Below are positions 57,309 through 64,000 of a stretch of DNA of 64,000 nt, in pieces. Made by a program: the position numbers and the translations under genes. The notes under the pieces were generated by a model that saw only the letters and a list, made by a program, of their open reading frames with translations, was not told the origin of the DNA and ran no database searches. The stretch lies in the sequence record PP400780, one strand, 5' to 3'. Each line of letters opens with the position of its first letter. The first letter of the stretch is position 1. This stretch comes from Escherichia phage FL18.

Positions 57309-57944
57309 ATGAAAACTACTCCTATTACTATCGCTATTGACGCAATCATAAAACAAGCTTCTTCTTTGGCCGCTATGGCCAAAGTAATTAGTCAAAACCC
57401 TGCTCGTTATAATGCTATTCTAGAAACTCTTCGACGCCCTGGACTTAGTAATTATGAAAGCCGGGTAATTATTACAGGTGTTGGTAAGAATGCTAATATC
57501 GCAACTAAAGCTTCCGAGACATTTGCTTCACTAGGTATTCCTAGCATGTATTTGAACACTGGGCATTATTCTCACGGTGATGCAGGATTCATTGCGCCTA
57601 ATGATGTGTTGATTCATATTAGTCGTTCTGGTAAGACTGAAGAAATGATAGGTGTTGCTAAACATCTTCGTATGATTCGTCCTCAGGTTAAACAGATTCT
57701 GTTACATTGTAACCCAGACATTCCACAAGAATACGAAGCTCTTTTTGATTATACGTTCTGTACTGGCATCGCGGTAGAGGTTGATGAGAATTCTCTGGCT
57801 CCGACTATGTCCACTACATTGTTGTTAGCGCTTATCGATACGTTTGCTATCAACCTTTCGTCTGAACGTGGATTTACCTCTAATGATTTCCTTAAGTTCC
57901 ATCCAGGCGGTGCACTAGGTGCCATGTTACGAGGCGAACAATGA
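57309..57944 (+). CDS. SIS-domain sugar-phosphate isomerase (arabinose-5-phosphate isomerase KdsD/GutQ-like, no CBS domains)
   Basis: ITGVGKN, HGDAGF, SRSGKTEE, LAPTMSTT, FHPGGALG motifs; 211 aa. Confidence 0.7.
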   Translation: MKTTPITIAIDAIIKQASSLAAMAKVISQNPARYNAILETLRRPGLSNYESRVIITGVGKNANIATKASETFASLGIPSMYLNTGHYSHGDAGFIAPNDVLIHISRSGKTEEMIGVAKHLRMIRPQVKQILLHCNPDIPQEYEALFDYTFCTGIAVEVDENSLAPTMSTTLLLALIDTFAINLSSERGFTSNDFLKFHPGGALGAMLRGEQ

Positions 57945-58084
57945 AAGCAATAACAATAGGACTTTTACTATTGATGCTTGTCATGACTATCTACTGGAGC
58001 TTAACGGCTCCGGTAATGATTCCAACACTTGTAATTGGATGGATTATGATTGGACTACAAGCAAAGTATGAATGCTTTAACTAG
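57941..58084 (+). CDS. small membrane protein (47 aa)
   Basis: ATGA overlap; hydrophobic. Confidence 0.3.
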   Translation: MKAITIGLLLLMLVMTIYWSLTAPVMIPTLVIGWIMIGLQAKYECFN

Positions 58085-58125
58085 AATAGTGTACAATACT
58101 CCTACTTACCAATGAGGACTTTAAC

Positions 58126-59811
58126 ATGAAAAAAGCTGTTATTCTTGGTGCTGGACTGGCAACTCGTTTGTATCCAATAACGCATCATATTCCTAAGGTG
58201 CTTGTTAACTATAAACAAGATACTATTCTGAGCAATTTGTATACAATTTATTCTGACCTTGGCGCAGATGAAATTATTGTAGTAGTTCATTCAAAATTTG
58301 CTGAAACTGTTCGAGCTTATTGTGAACAAGAAGGGTTCAATGTGACTATTCGTACAGTTGATGAAGCGTATGGTTCTGCTTATGCTCTTGCTAAATTACA
58401 CAAAGATTTAGACGGCCATAATGTAATTGTTAACTGGTGTGATATTATTCCTGATTTTGGTTCATGGTCTTGGAATGTTAACGCAATCTATGTTAAGGGT
58501 GACGAATGTCGATATAATTTCGACGGTGAAAATATCACTAACGTAGGTTCAACAGGTGGTAATGTTGTAGGAATTTATCAGTTCAAAGACTGGGAATTCT
58601 ATATGGGTTCTACTGATGAGGAAATTCATGAATACTGCAAAGGACGTGATTTCGTAGAATTCCTTTACGGCAGCGCATTCAATAAATCAGAGCTTATGAA
58701 TCTAATTGATTTAGGTGATATGCCTAAACTTGAAAAAGCTCATGAAGTTCGTGAACTTAATCGTAGTTTTAATGCAGTTGAAATTGGTGAAGAAACTGTA
58801 ACTAAATTCGCATTAACCGAACAGGGTCGAGCTCTTCAGAAAGATGAGATTTCGTGGTATCTTAAAGTGAAATCAGATTCAGTTCCTCAGTTAGTTTCTG
58901 TTAATGAAAATAACTTTGAAATGGAACGCATTAAAGGTAAGCCTGCATTTGAATATATTAAATCCAAATCAAGTCTTGCTCGTCCACAAATTGTTGATGC
59001 AATTTTAGATGCACTGAAATTCAGCACAGACACTTATTTTGTAAGTCCTGAAACTGTTCGTCGTGATTTCACTAAAGAATTCTATACGAAAGTTATTGAT
59101 CGTTGTGAAAGCATTCAACCATTGATTGATTCATTTGGTAAAATCACACATGTGAACTACACTAAGATTGGACGTCTGAAGCCAATGCTGAAACAAGCTT
59201 TAGAACACCTCATTCGTTATCATAACCGTTCTCAGGGACAGTACTCTGTTATTCACGGTGACCCGAACTTCAGTAATACTATGATTACTGATAATGGCGA
59301 AGTCAAGTTTATCGACCCTCGTGGATATTTTGGTGAAACCAAGATTTACGGGCCAAAATTGTACGATGAAGCTAAAGTGCTTTATGCTGTTTCAGGTTAT
59401 GATGAATTCAATGCTAATCCGACCTGGGGGCAGTTTACTATTGATGAAACAACTTGTAATGTGACTATTAACATCAATCCATTAGTTTACAAATATAGAA
59501 AGATGAGTTCGTTTAACGAGTATCATCATTTGGCAGTGGCAATTATCTGGATTGCATTAGGCGGTTATTTCAAGAATAATCCACTTAAAGCGGTAGCCGC
59601 ATATTATAAAGGTATGGAACTTCTGACTAAGCAATTACGTAACATGGGCCGTGTACTTCAGGACGGCTCTATTAGTTATGACGTAGCAGAACCTGTAACG
59701 GCTACTCTGATTACAAAAAATCCTGGTAAATGGGTACTAACTGATAAAGAAACTGGTGTTTCCTATCGTCCAATCGGTGGCGATATCACTCATCAATGGG
59801 AACGAATCTAA
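58126..59811 (+). CDS. bifunctional sugar-1-phosphate nucleotidyltransferase / sugar kinase
   Basis: N-terminal GAGLATRLYPITHHIPKVLV (NTP-transferase signature); C-terminal HGDPNFSN and FIDPRG (APH/choline-kinase-like catalytic motifs); 561 aa. Confidence 0.65.
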   Translation: MKKAVILGAGLATRLYPITHHIPKVLVNYKQDTILSNLYTIYSDLGADEIIVVVHSKFAETVRAYCEQEGFNVTIRTVDEAYGSAYALAKLHKDLDGHNVIVNWCDIIPDFGSWSWNVNAIYVKGDECRYNFDGENITNVGSTGGNVVGIYQFKDWEFYMGSTDEEIHEYCKGRDFVEFLYGSAFNKSELMNLIDLGDMPKLEKAHEVRELNRSFNAVEIGEETVTKFALTEQGRALQKDEISWYLKVKSDSVPQLVSVNENNFEMERIKGKPAFEYIKSKSSLARPQIVDAILDALKFSTDTYFVSPETVRRDFTKEFYTKVIDRCESIQPLIDSFGKITHVNYTKIGRLKPMLKQALEHLIRYHNRSQGQYSVIHGDPNFSNTMITDNGEVKFIDPRGYFGETKIYGPKLYDEAKVLYAVSGYDEFNANPTWGQFTIDETTCNVTININPLVYKYRKMSSFNEYHHLAVAIIWIALGGYFKNNPLKAVAAYYKGMELLTKQLRNMGRVLQDGSISYDVAEPVTATLITKNPGKWVLTDKETGVSYRPIGGDITHQWERI

Positions 59812-60197
59812 TGCACCGTGTAGAAAACATGCTTAATCTTTGTTTTGATGTCGATGATTGTATAACAGAGTGGAATAACAATCGTGATTACGTGAACTTC
59901 AAACCTGACGTCGAAATGGTGTCTGCCATTAATGCCCTGTATGATGCAGGGCATACCATAACGCTTTACACTGCTCGCGGTATGAAGTCAGTAGGTCCTG
60001 GACGTATAGCAATTGACATTCTCCCAAGTCTGATTCAGAACTTGGAAAACATTGGTTTGAAGTACCATAATTTGCTAACACATAAACCAGTATATGATTG
60101 GATTATCGACGACAAAGCTATGCGTCCTGACGAATTCAAAGCTCTTATGAATAAAGGCGAATTCGAAACATTTAAATCGTATAAACCGAATCTATAA
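59811..60197 (+). CDS. HAD-superfamily phosphatase-like protein
   Basis: motif I FDVDDCIT; 128 aa. Confidence 0.5.
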   Translation: MHRVENMLNLCFDVDDCITEWNNNRDYVNFKPDVEMVSAINALYDAGHTITLYTARGMKSVGPGRIAIDILPSLIQNLENIGLKYHNLLTHKPVYDWIIDDKAMRPDEFKALMNKGEFETFKSYKPNL

Positions 60198-60253
60198 TAA
60201 TTTAAGTAAGACCTGCAAAAACCATCGCGTCAATTAACGTGAGATGCAAAAAA

Positions 60254-61414
60254 ATGAATACTTTTAAAATTGGAACGAATTTTGATTTAGCTCTTCTTGA
60301 TAAAATCGTAGAGCTCAATAAAACTTATCCTAATAGCTTGATAAACGAAGTATACGGCTCTACAAGAGAAATGGCTTTTGTAGCAGCCAGACCTGATTTT
60401 AGGCTTCCTGACGTTGACAAAAAGATGTTAGAAGATTACGTTAAACGTTGTAACGAATTAGGTATTTGCTTTAACTATACACTCAACACGATAAATCCTG
60501 GTTCAAAAAGAGAACTAGTTGAGTGGAAGAAGAAAGCTATTCAGGATTATGTTCAGTATCTTTGGTCAATAGGTGTATGGCGTATTACTATCGCTAACCC
60601 TGTTGTTATGGAAATTGTTCGTGAAGTCAATAAAGACATTGAGATTGAAGTTTCAACAATTCTACATGTCGATGCTGTAACTCAAATCAAATACTTGCAT
60701 GACCAGTATAATATCAAAAAGGTCTGCTGTGGAATTCATAAGAACCGTTCAGTTTCTTTCCTGAAGCGTGCAGCAGAGTTTTGCAATAAGAACAATATAA
60801 TATTTGAAGTTCTTGTAAATGAGTTCTGTTCTAATGCTGGTAAAGGGTATACAACACATTGTAGCTATCGTGACTCTTGCTATATTTTCCATAGTACTGA
60901 TGTTACAGCTGATGATGCTAAATCCTTAAACGGATATCCTATGCAGCACTGTATTAAAGCTCGTGATACAGACCCATTTAACTGGTTGAGAACTCGTTTT
61001 GTTCGTCCTCAAGATTTGAAACTTTATAATGATATTGGTATCACTCAATTCAAAGTTTCAGGACGTACAGGTAGCACAGACTACATTTTGAAAGTTCTTG
61101 AAGCATACGCTTCTGAAAAGTTTGAAGGTAATTTGTTAGAACTGTGGAAGCCTTTAGAGACTATTTTCACTCTTGAAAACGAAACTGAGTTTTCACATAC
61201 AGTAAATATTGAAACCTCTTTGTTAGATGGCTTTTTAGAAAAAAGGTGGTTCAGACATCCAGATTTCGATTGTGCTAATGAAATCTGCGGGACGACGTGT
61301 ACATATTGTGAAAGATATTATAAACGTCAATTATCTAAAAACGGGTTAGCAGAAAACTCTATATCTATTATTGATATAACTAACTCTGATGACGCTTTGA
61401 GGTACCCGGAATGA
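60254..61414 (+). CDS. cysteine-rich hypothetical protein
   Basis: 386 aa; C-terminal CANEICGTTCTYCERYY cluster; function not recognised. Confidence 0.5.
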   Translation: MNTFKIGTNFDLALLDKIVELNKTYPNSLINEVYGSTREMAFVAARPDFRLPDVDKKMLEDYVKRCNELGICFNYTLNTINPGSKRELVEWKKKAIQDYVQYLWSIGVWRITIANPVVMEIVREVNKDIEIEVSTILHVDAVTQIKYLHDQYNIKKVCCGIHKNRSVSFLKRAAEFCNKNNIIFEVLVNEFCSNAGKGYTTHCSYRDSCYIFHSTDVTADDAKSLNGYPMQHCIKARDTDPFNWLRTRFVRPQDLKLYNDIGITQFKVSGRTGSTDYILKVLEAYASEKFEGNLLELWKPLETIFTLENETEFSHTVNIETSLLDGFLEKRWFRHPDFDCANEICGTTCTYCERYYKRQLSKNGLAENSISIIDITNSDDALRYPE

Positions 61415-61650
61415 TTTCTAGAAAAACTTTTAATCACCAACTTAATGAAGAGATTTTGACTACGAAACTGAACACTAACGAACAAATTCTTAAAAAGGCC
61501 CTTATGGGCCTGTTTGAAACCAAAGCGGCTAAAGTGATTAAAGGACCTGTTCAATTAGAATATTACGCTGATACATTTCTTCATAGTGTTCTTGGAAGTA
61601 TCGATGCTGAAGCTTTACGTTATATCAACATTGCCAAGAAATTCAAATAA
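61411..61650 (+). CDS. hypothetical protein
   Basis: 79 aa. Confidence 0.45.
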   Translation: MISRKTFNHQLNEEILTTKLNTNEQILKKALMGLFETKAAKVIKGPVQLEYYADTFLHSVLGSIDAEALRYINIAKKFK

Positions 61651-61673
61651 GCTTTACGAATTGAGTATATAAT
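61651..61673 (+). promoter_or_regulatory. candidate middle promoter (GCTTTA + 11 nt + TATAAT)
   Basis: seen in sequence. Confidence 0.35.
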
Positions 61674-61692
61674 AAATTGTATTGAGGTAAAC

Positions 61693-62409
61693 ATGGGGAA
61701 ACATAACACAATGAAATATATCAAAGCCGCAGATTTTCAAACCGCATTTAAAGCAGTCAATCGTGAAATTTTAGAAAACCCGGAATTCGTAACTGATTCT
61801 CGTATTGGACGTTGTAATGAAATTGGGTCTATGACAGTAGTTGTTGACACTCCATCATCATTCAAAATGACTGACCCACGTATTAACCGCATCTCTTATG
61901 AATATGCCGAAGACTTCTGGAAGTTTATGATTTCTGGTGGTACCAACGCAGAAGAAGCGTTTAAGGCATATCCTAATGTCGCTAAATTTATTTCTAAACC
62001 AAAATCAGATGTTTTGCCGGCGAACTTCAATACTTTCTATGGTCCTCGCATTGCGGCCCAATTACCAGCTCTTCTAAAAGAACTTAAAGAGAAGCCTAAC
62101 TCTCGAAGAGTTGTGTTCCAAATTCTAGAAAGTTCTGATCAGGCTTTGCTTGATTCGGATGAAACGCTTGAATATCCATGTACTGACTCAGTGACTTATT
62201 ATATTCGTGATGGTAAGCTTTATACCCACTGTCATATGCGTTCTCAGAACTGTGCTGTTGTTATGCAGTTGGATTTTTATCTCCAAGGAAAATTACTTCA
62301 TTATATCGCTAACGAATGCGGTGTAGAAGTTGGTGATTATACTCATACCATGGTAAGTGCCCATGTGTTTGAACGTGATTTTGATTATGTTAAAGGATTC
62401 CTTGACTAA
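61693..62409 (+). CDS. 42: thymidylate-synthase-family pyrimidine hydroxymethylase (gene 42-like dCMP hydroxymethylase, divergent)
   Basis: NSRRVVF, YPCTDSV (catalytic Cys), HMRSQN...QLDFY; synteny before uvsX; 238 aa. Confidence 0.55.
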   Translation: MGKHNTMKYIKAADFQTAFKAVNREILENPEFVTDSRIGRCNEIGSMTVVVDTPSSFKMTDPRINRISYEYAEDFWKFMISGGTNAEEAFKAYPNVAKFISKPKSDVLPANFNTFYGPRIAAQLPALLKELKEKPNSRRVVFQILESSDQALLDSDETLEYPCTDSVTYYIRDGKLYTHCHMRSQNCAVVMQLDFYLQGKLLHYIANECGVEVGDYTHTMVSAHVFERDFDYVKGFLD

Positions 62410-63308
62410 TGGCTATTTTCCGCGTACCAATCTTGAGTATGCGGTCTTATGAAACTGGACAGTATGCTATCCTTAAGGATGGCAACTTCCAACTTCATTT
62501 GCACCGTGCTAATCCGGGTGATGTGATTACATATCCACGTAATGCATCTGATATTAAAGAATGCGAACGTCTTTTCCCAGAATTTAAGTTTGTTCCATTA
62601 TGGTATAAAGATAACGCTTATAACACTCGTAAATATTTCTGGTCTGAAAATGAATTTGTGGTTGATTCATTAATTGCTTATTATGATTGCGATTTTCTAA
62701 TCACAGATATAACTGGATATGACGGCGCTTTTGATGTAGAATTCAATTTCAATATCACTGCAGACCCTAATAAACCACGTTTTTATATTGACGAATTCTT
62801 AAAAACCGACATGTTGTCGGTTAATCGTTCAATCCAAACAACTGTGTTGAATGAACGTCAAAAAGAAGTGCTGGTTAACGCAGGTGCAGATGGTAATAAG
62901 ATTATCGTAACGCAGAAAGTTATACGTCCTTCCATCATGCAGCGTCTTGTAGGTGATTTGGCTCCTATTTATCTAGATGGTATTTTTCATCCATTTCGAA
63001 TTAGTGACCCGTGCTATCGTTTTGAACAAGTGGTTGAATGTGCAATTCAATTAGGTCAACCGCTTTATATAACCGATCCAAATAATAGCTTTGACAGAAA
63101 TAAGTATCCTGAAGAAGCGTTGATTCGAATTTTTAAACCAACTAAAACTGAGTACTATCAAATTCTTAAAGGACGTCCGAAGATTCAATATTTCGAAAAT
63201 CCTGAAGAGGTATTTCATCCAGGTCTTGGTGAGTTCATCTACTTTAATGCTTTAATTTCTTCACCGTATAATATACCTAAATATGAAGATGTCGTAATCG
63301 AGGAATAA
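62409..63308 (+). CDS. hypothetical protein at beta-glucosyltransferase position
   Basis: 299 aa; no resemblance to recalled T4 beta-gt. Confidence 0.45.
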   Translation: MAIFRVPILSMRSYETGQYAILKDGNFQLHLHRANPGDVITYPRNASDIKECERLFPEFKFVPLWYKDNAYNTRKYFWSENEFVVDSLIAYYDCDFLITDITGYDGAFDVEFNFNITADPNKPRFYIDEFLKTDMLSVNRSIQTTVLNERQKEVLVNAGADGNKIIVTQKVIRPSIMQRLVGDLAPIYLDGIFHPFRISDPCYRFEQVVECAIQLGQPLYITDPNNSFDRNKYPEEALIRIFKPTKTEYYQILKGRPKIQYFENPEEVFHPGLGEFIYFNALISSPYNIPKYEDVVIEE

Positions 63309-63309
63309 A

Positions 63310-63858
63310 ATGGCTAAAATTATTTTAGTAGATGGCCCGGATAATGCTGGTAAAACAACTTTCATTAATGACATAATGGAAATTAGTGAAAGATATGTAA
63401 AAATTGATTTCCCTAAACGAACAGTTGATGGACGTTTCGATGTTAAGTCTCGAAATGAAGTTGGCTGTTTTGAAACGATGTTGAATTATTTAGACCCTAC
63501 TAAGATTTATCTGTTAGACCGTGGATATATTAGTAACTGGGTTTACGGACGTATTCGACAAGATGCGGACTCGGTTCTTGACGTTTATGAACAGGATTAT
63601 ATTCGTCTTTGCCAAAACCATGATGTGTTCACAATTATTTTAACACGTAACGAAATGACTGAAAGTTTTGAAGACGACCTTATTACTTTGTCTTCATTCG
63701 GTTTTAATACAGTCATTTCACATTTTGAAGAGTTTGCAATTCATAACAAAATCCAAACGTATCAATTACTTAATCATGATGGTGCTAACAAAGTTATAGG
63801 ATTTAATGCAAGCGAACGTAATGGTTTGATTACAGAAATCATCAAATGGGCTCGTTAA
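63310..63858 (+). CDS. P-loop nucleotide kinase (thymidylate/dNMP kinase-like)
   Basis: LVDGPDNAGKTT and DRGYIS motifs; 182 aa. Confidence 0.55.
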   Translation: MAKIILVDGPDNAGKTTFINDIMEISERYVKIDFPKRTVDGRFDVKSRNEVGCFETMLNYLDPTKIYLLDRGYISNWVYGRIRQDADSVLDVYEQDYIRLCQNHDVFTIILTRNEMTESFEDDLITLSSFGFNTVISHFEEFAIHNKIQTYQLLNHDGANKVIGFNASERNGLITEIIKWAR

Positions 63859-63956
63859 GAGCCATTTAAAGTTTTAAATGCTGTATAACCCTTAGTATAT
63901 AATCATCTTATCTTTTAAACATGAGTAAAATATAATGATGCCTATGGAAAAAATAC

Positions 63957-64000
63957 AATGTCTGATTTAAAATCTCGTCTGATTAAAGCTTCTACTTCTA
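63957..64000 (+). CDS. uvsX: recombinase UvsX, first codons (continues beyond window)
   Basis: MSDLKSRLIKASTS matches recalled T4 UvsX N-terminus. Confidence 0.7.

Noticed and set aside
61693-62409. Possibility that the TS-family ORF is a dUMP- rather than dCMP-specific hydroxymethylase or a thymidylate synthase
   Set aside because: By manual alignment the residue at the pyrimidine-specificity position (FRND in T4 gp42, PFN in TS) is Asp (QLDFY), favouring cytosine; kept as gene 42-like, but this rests on a hand alignment

Overview
This 64 kb window is a T4-like (Tevenvirinae) coliphage genome segment, reverse-complemented relative to the usual T4 map. Calls rest on synteny, ORF size and motifs read from the translations; no database search was possible, so T4 gene names are assignments by resemblance. 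Minus strand 1-10377 carries the late baseplate genes 10(partial)-9-8-7-6-5.4-5.1-5-53. The plus strand then carries 4-2-3-1-57A-57B, a hyperplastic early region (six internal-protein-like genes with capsid-targeting N-termini, two tRNAs, about 20 promoter-early stem-loop repeats), nudE-e, regB-like, tk, rI, nrdC, 49, nrdG, 55, 47, 46, 45, 44, 62, regA, 43 and the first codons of uvsX. The 903-aa DNA polymerase and the gene content suggest an RB69-type phage rather than T4 itself. The most interesting departures from T4 are: (1) a block between gene 43 and uvsX encoding an arabinose-5-phosphate-isomerase-like SIS protein, a bifunctional sugar-1-P nucleotidyltransferase/kinase, a HAD phosphatase, a divergent thymidylate-synthase-family hydroxymethylase and a P-loop kinase, with no alpha- or beta-glucosyltransferase at their syntenic positions, which points to a non-glucose DNA hypermodification pathway; (2) denV reduced to a frameshifted remnant; (3) nrdD absent, with two GIY-YIG endonuclease genes in its place while nrdG and a GrcA-like glycyl-radical protein remain; (4) a macro-domain protein, a 57B/Acb1-like 2H phosphoesterase and an NTase/AAA+ gene cluster as defence-related candidates.
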